Shown: one piece after another, positions 30,664-40,760 of the stretch
How the letters are laid out: every line of letters begins with the position of its first letter
Position numbering within the stretch: position 1 is the stretch's first letter
Source of the DNA: Sedimentisphaerales bacterium
Lineage (GTDB): Bacteria > Planctomycetota > Phycisphaerae > Sedimentisphaerales > SM23-30
Length of the DNA: 64,000 nt
Strand: one strand, 5' to 3'
Assembly (NCBI GenBank): GCA_963666285.1
Contig: OY762711.1
The notes under the pieces: generated by a model
Databases searched by the model: none
Seen by the model: only the letters and a program-made list of their open reading frames with translations
Told to the model about the DNA's origin: nothing
Program-made: the position numbers and the translations under genes

Positions 30664-31785
30664 ATGGAAATTTCAATAGATAACATAGACCTTCGCTCAC
30701 TTGATATTGACCAGCTCAACGAAGTAATAAAAGCTGCCAGAAAACAGGTCAAAAACCGCACCGGTAAGCCGGTATGCCAGGAAATATGGCCAGATAAGGA
30801 GTTGAGAGAAAAACTAGTTCACCGTAAAGGCGGGCTGGCCAGGGCCGTGTTTGAGCTGCTCCATAAAGACTTCATAGCTTCTGTAAATGATCTTGGGATT
30901 ATCCTGGAAAATGACATTATCTCAGAATTGACTAATAACGGATGTTTTGCCGCTAATCTTGCACTTGACGCAAAACTGGAAGATCCGGACGGAACTATAA
31001 AATATCGATTCAAAACATTCGACGGCCATTGCTTTGAATCTGTAATGATGTTTCTGCGTAACCGGACAACAGCATGCGTATCCAGCCAGATAGGCTGCAG
31101 AATGGGGTGTGCATTTTGTGCGACATCACATCTGAAGTTTGCCCGTAATCTAACGGCCGGAGAAATAGCCTGCCAGATATATCATTTGTCAAAAGAACAC
31201 GGAAAGATCGATAATGTGGTATATATGGGAATGGGTGAGCCGCTGGACAACTATGATGAAGTAATGAGATCGGTACAGATACTGACACATTATGCGGGGC
31301 AGTATATTCCACCCGGACGAATAACAGTATCTACGGCCGGACTGCCGGATAAGATAAGGCAGATGGCAGATGAAAACATACCGGCAAACCTGGCATTATC
31401 ACTGCACAGTGCAGACGAAAAGACACGCAGCCTGTTGATGGCATTATCGAATAAATATTCTATCAGTAAAGTAATAGAAGCTGCCCGCTATTTTTCAGAG
31501 AAATCCAATAAACGGGTATTGATAGAATACTGCATGATATCGGACATAAACGATAGCAACTCTGACTGTGAAAAGCTGCTCAAGTTACTTAATAAATCCA
31601 GGATGCAGGCAAGTGTAAACCTGATAGAGTTCAACTCACACCCGCTGTCTGATATGAAGCCATCATCACGCGAGCGAATCGATTATTTTTGCAACCAGTT
31701 AATGGAAGCCGGGATAGAAACTACAATTCGCTTCAAACGAGGAGAAAGCATAAAAGCTGCCTGCGGACAGTTGTGCAATAAATAA
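30664..31785 (+). CDS. rlmN: Dual-specificity RNA methyltransferase RlmN (radical SAM)
   Basis: CVSSQIGCRMGCAFC, MGMGEPL, SLH and AACGQL motifs. Confidence 0.9.
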   Translation: MEISIDNIDLRSLDIDQLNEVIKAARKQVKNRTGKPVCQEIWPDKELREKLVHRKGGLARAVFELLHKDFIASVNDLGIILENDIISELTNNGCFAANLALDAKLEDPDGTIKYRFKTFDGHCFESVMMFLRNRTTACVSSQIGCRMGCAFCATSHLKFARNLTAGEIACQIYHLSKEHGKIDNVVYMGMGEPLDNYDEVMRSVQILTHYAGQYIPPGRITVSTAGLPDKIRQMADENIPANLALSLHSADEKTRSLLMALSNKYSISKVIEAARYFSEKSNKRVLIEYCMISDINDSNSDCEKLLKLLNKSRMQASVNLIEFNSHPLSDMKPSSRERIDYFCNQLMEAGIETTIRFKRGESIKAACGQLCNK

Positions 31786-31786
31786 A

Positions 31787-31819
31787 AAAACACCCTGTGA
31801 ATCAATCAACAGGGTGTTT
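31787..31819. terminator. Bidirectional terminator between convergent genes
   Basis: AAACACCCTGT...ACAGGGTGTTT inverted repeat. Confidence 0.75.
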
Positions 31820-31855
31820 GAAATTCTATAGTCTCTTTAGAGCACTTCAATTCAG

Positions 31856-34057
31856 TTATTTTTGATTTTTGCTCTGGTCCAGAACCAAAGTACTTACTTT
31901 GGCACTTGGAAGTGAAAGGGAACCGTATGCCTGGCAAGCCAGATTTCTCAGCTTAGGATCAGCATCAAATGAGCTGGCTATCTTGTAAAGACCGCTAGTC
32001 TGATCTGTGTTCAGCAGATTACCAAACTGACGAGCACTGAAAGACAGGCTATCCAGAAGCATAAGGCGAATATCATATTCTGTAGCATCATTCAATGCCA
32101 TATCGGCTAATTCACGCTGTGCGTCTGTTGACTCCAATCTACCCAAAGCAATAATTGATGACTGCTGAATTTCTGCACGAGAATCCTTCAAGCCACCCAG
32201 CAGAGCACTCTGAGAATCAATTAACGGCAGAACTGAATTACGAGTAACGCAAAGTGCCTCCAGGGTCCTGGCAGCAGCTAACGCATAACCATCAGCCAGT
32301 TCAGCAGAAAATTCACGAGCATTGTTAGCCGCCATAATTTCAGATGCCACAGCAGGCATCTCAGCAGCGGTTATGCCTCTTAGCTTGATGCTGACAAAAG
32401 GATAATCTTTAACAACAGCTTTTGTAGAAGGAAGATTTTCACTGTCAGCGATCACAACTGTCGGACAGAAAGCCAGCCTGTATTGTTTGTTCATCAGCTC
32501 AAGAATTGCCGGTAAATCCAAACCGGTAACCTTATTTGAGATAACAACCAGGTCAACACTAGGCAATTCCCTGACTTTAGTAACAATATTAGCATAAGAG
32601 TCGCTGCCGATAACTCCACCGGTATATGTCTCTCTAAGGTCAGACATCATCTTGTTTCTTTGGGCATGATCCGGATCAATTACAACAGCGTATTTCTGCC
32701 CTCTCTGTTGTACTGCTTCTGACAGAATCTTAATAACCATAGGAGCGGCTTCAAATTCTTCCAGAGGCAATACCTGGCCGATAGCCAAAGCTGCACTAAA
32801 ACGAACTTCACGGTCAGGATAGCTCAAGGCATCAACCAGGGGTTTCTTGCCCATCAGTTCATAAAGCAGTGAACCCTGTCCGGCATTACGACGCATCGCC
32901 TTGATAGCCTTAAGAGCGACCGGTCTGTTACGATTATCCAGTGCACGTTTCAAAACACGGTGCAGGTATTCAGGACCGGAAGTAAGGGCATAAGTATCAG
33001 CATCGGCATGGCCCTCGCCAAAATACTGTGGCTGTTCAAAACCATTCGCTTCCAGACGGAAGAAAGCTGACAACCAGATTGCAACAGAACCGGCAAGTGA
33101 AGAATCCCTTCTAAGAGCATGTTCTGCATATCTCATAGTCATAAGCTCATCAAAAGCACCACGAGGAACTTCTTCCTTGTAAAGCCCCTTGCGATAGTCC
33201 CAAAACCAGACATTAGCAATTTCCTGGTTTTCTGGAACTTTCAAAGAATCAAGCTCATTATAATAGTCATTAGCAAGCCTCTCATATAACATAGCAGAGT
33301 TAACACCATTAGGAAGGGAGTTAACTGTAGTAATTTTCTCGATCGCTTCTTCTGCTACACTTCTTAAATCTGAGACAGTATTTTCATCTTCGACTATTTC
33401 CTGCAGATAAGGCAGAGCCTTGTGATAACCAATCTCTCCGAGCACATCTGCAATAATAAGTTTTAAGTTCAGATCTTTGCAGTACAACATAGCAACAGCT
33501 AACGGATTAACGGCATCACGGCCAAGCTTAGGTAAAGCACGCTTGATAACTTCCAGTTCATCACGACGATTAGAATCCCGCAAAGCGTTTACTATCTGCG
33601 GTACAGCCCATTCGCCCGAATCCTTAAGACGGCTAACGGCAAGCATATGACCGCGTGTTGTGCTGGACAAACGTTTGATTTCATCTTCAATTCTTTTCGG
33701 GTTTTTTCGGCGAAGATAACGCCCTTCTTCAACGATCTGGACAATACTTTTGGCAACATCACGAAGTTCCTGAGTATTTTCCTGCATCAAAGACAGGTTG
33801 CGATAAGCATCGGCATAACGAGAATTTTCAGCAAGGTCCAAAACCTGTACCGGGTCCGGGTCAGACTGGATAAGCTTATTTGCATTATCCTTAGCCAATT
33901 CAAAGTTTCCGATCAAGGCATAATGCATAAAATCTGCCCAGTATTTTTGTGTTTGTTCGGCTTTTGCATCAGCAGCATCTTGTGCCGACGCCGATGTTGA
34001 CAACAAAATCAGTGACGCCAGAACAAAGAATAGTGATCTCTTAAAAATCTTGGCCAT
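31856..34057 (-). CDS. Exported HEAT-repeat protein with a receiver-like insertion
   Basis: Signal peptide (..SASA-Q), multiple HEAT repeats (e.g. EVRFSAALAIG) and a CheY-like segment. Confidence 0.75.
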   Translation of the reverse strand: MAKIFKRSLFFVLASLILLSTSASAQDAADAKAEQTQKYWADFMHYALIGNFELAKDNANKLIQSDPDPVQVLDLAENSRYADAYRNLSLMQENTQELRDVAKSIVQIVEEGRYLRRKNPKRIEDEIKRLSSTTRGHMLAVSRLKDSGEWAVPQIVNALRDSNRRDELEVIKRALPKLGRDAVNPLAVAMLYCKDLNLKLIIADVLGEIGYHKALPYLQEIVEDENTVSDLRSVAEEAIEKITTVNSLPNGVNSAMLYERLANDYYNELDSLKVPENQEIANVWFWDYRKGLYKEEVPRGAFDELMTMRYAEHALRRDSSLAGSVAIWLSAFFRLEANGFEQPQYFGEGHADADTYALTSGPEYLHRVLKRALDNRNRPVALKAIKAMRRNAGQGSLLYELMGKKPLVDALSYPDREVRFSAALAIGQVLPLEEFEAAPMVIKILSEAVQQRGQKYAVVIDPDHAQRNKMMSDLRETYTGGVIGSDSYANIVTKVRELPSVDLVVISNKVTGLDLPAILELMNKQYRLAFCPTVVIADSENLPSTKAVVKDYPFVSIKLRGITAAEMPAVASEIMAANNAREFSAELADGYALAAARTLEALCVTRNSVLPLIDSQSALLGGLKDSRAEIQQSSIIALGRLESTDAQRELADMALNDATEYDIRLMLLDSLSFSARQFGNLLNTDQTSGLYKIASSFDADPKLRNLACQAYGSLSLPSAKVSTLVLDQSKNQK

Positions 34058-34532
34058 TTCAATAGTCTCCAGTCTGTATTATGTTATGCAAAAAATATAA
34101 TTTTTCTATATTGTGCGGTCAGTAGGACAAAGTTTTGGGCCTCCCAGAAATCAGGCTTGTCGAGGCCATTCATGTCCCTTAGCAAGGAGTGCTTGTTGGC
34201 AGGTTTGAGCTCAATTGCTATAAACTGTTTTTTCACAAGCTTTTATGGCTTACAGTGAAGCAACTCAATTATAAGGTAACTATTTAAAAAGGTCAACCAA
34301 AAATTATATTTTGTTTACCCATGAATTCCGCAGGGCCTTCCATTAAAAACGTCTAATAAATATAAAAATACTATGAGTATCCGGATAGAAGAAAATAGAA
34401 GGGTATTTATAAATTTTTAACCTTCAAAAAAATCAAAACACACACGCGTACCCATTGCAAACTAACGTAAAACCTTACTAAATATAGCGTTATAACAAAT
34501 ACATGCAAATTTGTTTTTTTATTATTTTTTGT

Positions 34533-34560
34533 TAAAGAAAAATAATTTAATGTCCGATAA
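34533..34560 (+). promoter_or_regulatory. Sigma-28 (FliA/SigD)-type promoter of fliD
   Basis: TAAA-N16-TCCGATAA versus consensus TAAA-N15/16-GCCGATAA, 110 nt upstream of a flagellar gene. Confidence 0.7.
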
Positions 34561-34670
34561 TTACGATTGATACGGTGTGTACCTTTATGGAGAAGGTATG
34601 CCTAATCAAAGAGTTCCTGTCTTGAAGGAGTTTGCGGAGCGAACTTTTACAGGAGAAAGGCTGGTACAAA

Positions 34671-37600
34671 ATGGGTACATTTAGCAGTGGCACCGGCTTG
34701 ATTTCCGGATTTGACATAGAAGGCTATGTCACACAGATCATGGAAATTGAAGGTGCAAACAGAGATAATTATGTAGAAAGAGTAGAGGATAACACCCTCG
34801 AGCAAGAGACCCTTGAAGCAATACAGTCCAAAATAATGACTGTCCAGCTAAAGGCTGCCAATTTTAACACTTATAATACGTTTGAAAACAAAATAGCTTC
34901 ATCTTCAGACGAAGATGTTCTAACCGCTTCCGCTCAAAACTGGGCCACCAGAGGCACATATCAATTTGTAGTCAAATCGTTAGCGACCAACCATCAGATC
35001 GTAACTCGAAACTCTTTTTCGAGCAGAGATGAAACAGTTGGAACCGGCACCATATCACTAGAAGTAGGTCAAGGCCAACTAGCCCGCGATATGGATGTCA
35101 CTCAGCTCAACGGTCGTACCGGAATCCAAAGAGGTACAATTGAAATTACGGACAAATCCGGCACTACTGCAACCATTGACCTGACCACTGTCCTAACGGT
35201 CAATGACATACTTAAAGCAATCAATTCAAGCGAAGCCGATGTAAAAGCCTCGGTATCCGGTGATGGGATAGTAATTGAAGATTTATCCGGTGGAACAGGC
35301 GATCTTATTGTAGCCGATATCGGTGACGGTCAGACGGCCGAGGACCTTGGTATACTGCAAAGTACATCAGAATCCAAAATTACCGGCGAAGACATAGTAA
35401 GCATTTCACGGTACACACTTCTAAAAGAGCTTAATGACGGAAACGGCGTAAGAGATATTACTTCCGGATCATTCAACATACAAGCCTCCGGCACTCCGGA
35501 AGGTGGAATAGATATTAACCTGTCAGATACTCTTACCAGTGAAAATACCATCCAATCACTAAACAGTGGTGCAGGTGTACGCCTGGGTACATTTAAAATT
35601 ACCGACCGAAATAATAACTCAGTTGTCATTGATTTGTCTGACTTAAATAGTTCTGACTCGGTATCTGTCATCAAGGAAGAAATCGAGGAAGCGGCAGAAG
35701 AAGCCGGCCTATCTATTGAAGTCAATATAGAAAATCGAAATGATATTCAAATTGTCGATAACAGTGAAGCACTCACCACAGATGAAGATGGCGAACGAAG
35801 AAGCAACTTCATTATCGAAGACCTCGAAGGCGGATCAACTGCAGCTGACCTTGGCATCGAAGGAGACACTTCGGGAGCAACTATTACCGGCGATACAATC
35901 TGGAAAATGGAAACTCTGGCAGATGCCATGGCTGCCATAAATTACAGCACTAATAATTACACTGCAAGCGGTTCATATGTCTCTGTTTCAATCGATGCAG
36001 GCAGTAACCAGCTTAAGGTTGTAGATAATAGCGGCGGAATATTTACCACAGATGAAAAGATTATTATTACTGCCGGTGAAGATGATGGAATGGCCGCTTA
36101 CGACCTGGGAATATTGACCGGCGAAGATGGCATCGAAGGAACTGAGTTTCAAGGCGCAGCTCTTATTGCCGGGCTTAACACTGTTCTACTAAGCAGTCTG
36201 AACGGCGGTTCCGGAGGAAATCCTGAAGACGAAAACTATGGTGAAAACAGGATAACATCCGGCGGCGTAATCAGTATAAAAGACGGTGCCAGCAGTACCG
36301 CAGTTGAAGTTGACCTTACCGACGCTATCAGCGTACAAGACGTTATAGACGCTATCAATAACGCCGGCACAAACATAACCGCGGAATTAAACTCTGTAGG
36401 TAACGGCATAACATTGACAGATAGTTCCGGAACCGGCCAGATGGAAATTGCCGACGTTAGCGGCACCCTGGCTGAAAAGCTGAATCTGGCTGGGACAGCA
36501 TCAGACGAGATCAACAGCGGCAACCTGCAATTGCAATATATTTCAGAAGCCACTCTACTGGACGACTTAAGAAACGGTGAAGGAATAACTCGCGGTACTT
36601 TTACAGTCACCGACAGCAATGGTAACAGTACTGAAATAGATTTGACTCAAGACAGTATTCAAACTGTCGGAGATGTAATTGACCTGTTTTATGAAAAGAG
36701 CGGTCAAAATGTTCGTGCAAGAATTAACGACACAGGTGACGGTATTATATTATTTGACGATCTGAGTACCGGAACACTTTCTGCGATAGAGGTAACTGAC
36801 AACAGTGCCGGTACTGCCGCAGACCTTGGCTTCATGGCACGCGACTCAGTCAAAGACGAAAACGGCAACTATTATCTTGACGGTTCTTACGAACTAACCC
36901 TCAACCTGGGCGGATCTGATAGTTTGAACGATATTTCCAGCATGGTTAATGAAGCGGGACTTGGCATCGACGCCACAGTCGTTTTTGACGGTGTCGGCTA
37001 CCACCTAAGCTTTACCAGCGAAGTCAGCGGTCGGAAAGGAACCATATACTTCGATGCCGGTGATACTGAAATGGCCGTAGACAATATCACATCCGCTAAA
37101 GATGCTATAATTCTGCTTGGTGACGGTACCGAAGATCACCCAATGCTGATATCAAATAATACTAATAGCATAAAAGATGCAATACTTGGTACTACACTAG
37201 AGCTTCAGAAAGTTTCCGACGAAGCAATAACGATAACAATTGGTGATGACGTTGATAATATGGTTGAAGAGCTGACCTCATTTATTGACTCTTACAATGA
37301 AGTTCTTAACCTTATCGCGGAAAATACTCAGTTTGACACCGAAACGTACGAAAAAGGGGTTTTATTCTCTGACTACACAACAAGTACGGTTAAAAATCAG
37401 CTATTGTCGCTTATCCAGCAAACATTTACCGAATTATCCGGAAATTACAGATCCTTTGCCTCTATCGGCATATCACTTACCCAGGTAGAAGCTGAAACCA
37501 CATACGATGATGAAGGTAATGAGATCATTACAGTTGAAGCTCTCAACGTTGAGCTGGATGAAGACGTTTTCAGAGCAGCATTCGAAGAAGATCCAGATTC

Positions 37601-37883
37601 CGTAACTGCATTATTTAGCACAGCAGACTACGGTATATCAGATTATGTTTCTGATCTGCTGGAGAACCTGGCAAGCTCTAGTGTTGACAATTCTACCATG
37701 CAAAATCGTATTGACGCCATTGCAAGCGAAAATGATTTGCTGGAAGAGAGAATAGAAGACCTGGAAGAACGCCTGGCTGAAAAGGAAGAAAGACTGTATA
37801 ACGATTTCTATGCAATGGAAGAAACACTTGCTAACCTGCAATCACAACAATCTGCGATAGAAAGCATGAGTAGCTCATCGTAA
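34671..37883 (+). CDS. fliD: Flagellar filament cap protein, extended form (~1070 aa)
   Basis: N-terminal GLISGFD and SSDEDVLTASA...GTY.F.VKSLA; C-terminal N.IKDAI.G.TL.L, FIDSYN and F.AMEE.LA.LQSQ; large internal repeat insertion. Confidence 0.9.
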   Translation: MGTFSSGTGLISGFDIEGYVTQIMEIEGANRDNYVERVEDNTLEQETLEAIQSKIMTVQLKAANFNTYNTFENKIASSSDEDVLTASAQNWATRGTYQFVVKSLATNHQIVTRNSFSSRDETVGTGTISLEVGQGQLARDMDVTQLNGRTGIQRGTIEITDKSGTTATIDLTTVLTVNDILKAINSSEADVKASVSGDGIVIEDLSGGTGDLIVADIGDGQTAEDLGILQSTSESKITGEDIVSISRYTLLKELNDGNGVRDITSGSFNIQASGTPEGGIDINLSDTLTSENTIQSLNSGAGVRLGTFKITDRNNNSVVIDLSDLNSSDSVSVIKEEIEEAAEEAGLSIEVNIENRNDIQIVDNSEALTTDEDGERRSNFIIEDLEGGSTAADLGIEGDTSGATITGDTIWKMETLADAMAAINYSTNNYTASGSYVSVSIDAGSNQLKVVDNSGGIFTTDEKIIITAGEDDGMAAYDLGILTGEDGIEGTEFQGAALIAGLNTVLLSSLNGGSGGNPEDENYGENRITSGGVISIKDGASSTAVEVDLTDAISVQDVIDAINNAGTNITAELNSVGNGITLTDSSGTGQMEIADVSGTLAEKLNLAGTASDEINSGNLQLQYISEATLLDDLRNGEGITRGTFTVTDSNGNSTEIDLTQDSIQTVGDVIDLFYEKSGQNVRARINDTGDGIILFDDLSTGTLSAIEVTDNSAGTAADLGFMARDSVKDENGNYYLDGSYELTLNLGGSDSLNDISSMVNEAGLGIDATVVFDGVGYHLSFTSEVSGRKGTIYFDAGDTEMAVDNITSAKDAIILLGDGTEDHPMLISNNTNSIKDAILGTTLELQKVSDEAITITIGDDVDNMVEELTSFIDSYNEVLNLIAENTQFDTETYEKGVLFSDYTTSTVKNQLLSLIQQTFTELSGNYRSFASIGISLTQVEAETTYDDEGNEIITVEALNVELDEDVFRAAFEEDPDSVTALFSTADYGISDYVSDLLENLASSSVDNSTMQNRIDAIASENDLLEERIEDLEERLAEKEERLYNDFYAMEETLANLQSQQSAIESMSSSS

Positions 37884-37944
37884 AAATTTCACGACTTGAA
37901 TAATTGAGATGACTTAACGCTATAACGTCACCCTTAATAAAAAC

Positions 37945-37983
37945 AAATGGGCCCCCTGGAATTTTCCAAAGGTCCCATTTTTT
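37945..37983. terminator. Terminator between convergent fliD and dnaK
   Basis: AAATGGG.CC...GG.CCCATTT imperfect stem flanked by A and T tracts. Confidence 0.6.
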
Positions 37984-38004
37984 ATTGTATATTTAGACTT
38001 AAAT

Positions 38005-39918
38005 TTATTCTTTAACTTCAAATTCTGCATCGACTACATCATCATCGCCTTTATTATCATCTGACGGTGCAGAAGCATCGGCACCTGGAGCACCGGCAGC
38101 TGCCTGCTGTTTAGCAGCTTCTTCATAGATGATCTTACCAAGTGTCTGGCTGGCTGTAGTAACTGACTCCATCGCCTTCTTGATAGCTTCAAGATCGTCA
38201 TTCTTAATAACCTCTTTCAGGTTATTTATCGCAGATTCCACATTGCCGCGTTCTTCTGCAGGAATCTTTTCGCCATGTTCCTTCATTGTATTTTCGGTCT
38301 GGAAAATCAGCTGATCAGCCTGGTTCTTCAAATCTACAACCTCACGACGTTTCTTGTCTTCTTCGGCATGAGCTTCTGCATCTTTAACCATACGATCAAT
38401 CTCACCATCGTCCAAACCGCTTGAACCCTTGATTTCGATCTTCTGCTCTTTACCGGTGCCAAGGTCTTTAGCTGACACATTCAGGATACCGTCAGCATTG
38501 ATATCAAAAGTTACTTCAATCTGAGGAACACCACGCGGGGCCGGTGGAATACCGGTAAGCTGGAAGCGTCCAAGGGTTCTATTGTCAGATGCCATCTCTC
38601 GCTCACCCTGCAGAACATGAATATCAACCGAAGGCTGGCTATCGGCTGCAGTTGAAAAAACTTCTCTCTTCGATGTTGGTATAGTTGTATTCCGCTCGAT
38701 CAGCTTGGTCATAACACCGCCAAGAGTTTCAACACCCAGGCTCAACGGGGTAACATCCAGCAGCAGAATGTCTTTGACGCTTGAATCGCCAGAGAGTACG
38801 CCGCCCTGAATCGCAGCACCAATAGCCACAACTTCATCCGGGTTGATGCTCTTGTTAGCTTCTTTGCCAAATACTTCTTTTACAACATCATGTACCTTAG
38901 GGATACGAGTAGAACCACCTACCAGCACAACTTCAGAAATATCAGAAGTTGACAAGCCGGCATCAGCAATCGCTTTTCGGCATGGTTCTTTCAGCCTGTC
39001 CAAAATAGTAGAAATCAGCTGTTCAAAAGTACTGCGGTTGATAGTCATCTGTAAATGTTTTGGACCGGAAGCGTCTGCTGTAATAAATGGAAGGTTAATT
39101 GTGCTTTCCATCGCAGTTGACAGCTCGCACTTGGTCTTTTCAGCTGCTTCTTTCAGTCGCTGAAGAGCCATGGCATCATTGCGAAGATCTACACCTTCAT
39201 TCTTCTTGAACTCGTCAGCAATATATCTTATCAATACTTCATCGACGTCATCACCACCAAGGTGAGTATCGCCGTTTGTACTTAAAACTTCAAATACATT
39301 GTCGCCAATATCCAGAATAGAAACGTCGAATGTACCGCCGCCAAAGTCGAACACAACAATCTTCTGATTAGCGTTCTTTTCAAGGCCGTAAGCTAGAGCA
39401 GCAGCAGTAGGTTCATTTATGATTCGTTTAACATCCAGACCGGCAATCTTACCGGCATCTTTGGTAGCCTGACGCTGAGCATCGTTGAAATATGCCGGTA
39501 CGGTGATAACAGCTTCGGTTACCTTTTCACCCAGGTAATCTTCTGCGGTCTTTTTAAGATCCTGCAGTACCATTGCTGAAATTTCAGGAGGAGTGTATTC
39601 CTTACCGCGAACATCGACTTTTACAAGTTCATCTGCCGAACCTGTAACCTTGTAAGGCACTATTTTTTCTTCCTGACCGACTTCGCTGTGGCGACGCCCC
39701 ATAAATCTCTTAATTGAATAAATAGTATTCTGAGGGTTAGTTACCTGCTGATGGCGGGCTATCTGGCCGACCAGCCTCTCGCCTTTATCTGTAAAAGCTA
39801 CCACAGAAGGAGTAAGTCTGGCTCCCTGCGAATTAACTAGTACCTTCGGTGCTGCACCTTCCAAAACGGCAACCACCGAGTTTGATGTTCCCAAATCTAT
39901 TCCAATAATCTTTGACAT
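38005..39918 (-). CDS. dnaK: Molecular chaperone DnaK
   Basis: [45 protein letters not shown] and DVTPLSLG motifs. Confidence 0.99.
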   Translation of the reverse strand: MSKIIGIDLGTSNSVVAVLEGAAPKVLVNSQGARLTPSVVAFTDKGERLVGQIARHQQVTNPQNTIYSIKRFMGRRHSEVGQEEKIVPYKVTGSADELVKVDVRGKEYTPPEISAMVLQDLKKTAEDYLGEKVTEAVITVPAYFNDAQRQATKDAGKIAGLDVKRIINEPTAAALAYGLEKNANQKIVVFDFGGGTFDVSILDIGDNVFEVLSTNGDTHLGGDDVDEVLIRYIADEFKKNEGVDLRNDAMALQRLKEAAEKTKCELSTAMESTINLPFITADASGPKHLQMTINRSTFEQLISTILDRLKEPCRKAIADAGLSTSDISEVVLVGGSTRIPKVHDVVKEVFGKEANKSINPDEVVAIGAAIQGGVLSGDSSVKDILLLDVTPLSLGVETLGGVMTKLIERNTTIPTSKREVFSTAADSQPSVDIHVLQGEREMASDNRTLGRFQLTGIPPAPRGVPQIEVTFDINADGILNVSAKDLGTGKEQKIEIKGSSGLDDGEIDRMVKDAEAHAEEDKKRREVVDLKNQADQLIFQTENTMKEHGEKIPAEERGNVESAINNLKEVIKNDDLEAIKKAMESVTTASQTLGKIIYEEAAKQQAAAGAPGADASAPSDDNKGDDDVVDAEFEVKE

Positions 39919-39987
39919 TTTAAAACTCCTGTTATTTCAAGGTTTCAGTTTTCATCTTTGCAAGCAAATACTCACGAAAAACTAATA

Positions 39988-40004
39988 AGCAAAGGCCATG
40001 CCAA
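39988..40004 (-). promoter_or_regulatory. Sigma-54 (-24/-12) promoter of dnaK
   Basis: Minus strand TTGGCATGGCCTTTGCT has exact GG-N10-GC spacing, 70 nt upstream of the start. Confidence 0.75.
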
Positions 40005-40202
40005 AACACAACTACAAAGTGTAATGCATTACAACATAACAACTTATCTAAAAATCAGAGTTTACTACATAATTAATATTATGCCAACCAGACAGGAAAT
40101 ACCAACCCGACCTGCCAAAAAAACAGAGACAGAGGAACCCAGGTACGTTTAAGGCCCCTCTGTCATTAATAACTTTACTCCTCGTACTATTATAGCCGGA
40201 AA

Positions 40203-40493
40203 CTAAAGCTCTTTCTGGTAATCACCACAAATACCGCTTGGACCAATACTTACAGCCGGTATTTTCCTGGCTTCCAGTTTCACTTCACAATTACTGAGAC
40301 CCTGACCTGCCGGCTCGTGCAAATAGCCTCTTTCGATCAACTCACGGGCAACCGATTCGGCCAGATAGCTGAGCATTCGATCATCCAGATCATCCAGATG
40401 GCTGTCACTTCGAAATGACAATGGCTTTTTAGACTTCGAACCATTTTTATTAGTTACAATTCTAAACCGACGATTTACATTAAAACAGTTCAT
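40203..40493 (-). CDS. Small hypothetical protein (96 aa)
   Basis: ATG at 40493 preceded by AAAGGAG; followed by the hairpin GACAGAGG/CCTCTGTC at 40128-40164. Confidence 0.55.
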   Translation of the reverse strand: MNCFNVNRRFRIVTNKNGSKSKKPLSFRSDSHLDDLDDRMLSYLAESVARELIERGYLHEPAGQGLSNCEVKLEARKIPAVSIGPSGICGDYQKEL

Positions 40494-40760
40494 AACAGCT
40501 CCTTTGGGTCTAAACAGACCTATATTGCATAAATAATTTACAGAAAAGGGCTTAGGAGGGAGATGCAATATCTATCAGAGCTCGGTTCCACCCTTGAACA
40601 CATTAGCTGTTAATATTTTCGGATAAGCTCAGCGAATTTCTTTAATTTTTATTTGAATAATAAATCATAAAGTATGTTACACTATGAATCGCACAACTTA
40701 TGCTTACTAACTAATAATTTGTAAAGCTTCAAAGTTATTTTTATATAATTATTCCCCAAA

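Noticed and set aside
30664..31785. Cfr-type antibiotic-resistance methyltransferase
   Set aside because: MGMGEPL and the overall pattern fit housekeeping RlmN; nothing indicates Cfr or a mobile context.
39958..40152. 64-aa plus-strand ORF
   Set aside because: It overlaps the dnaK promoter and enhancer region on the opposite strand, with a weak start and no ribosome-binding site.
40616..40644. Sigma-28-like promoter (TAAA...TCCGAAAA, minus strand) for the 96-aa ORF
   Set aside because: The spacer is 17 nt and the -10 box has two mismatches; too weak in AT-rich DNA.
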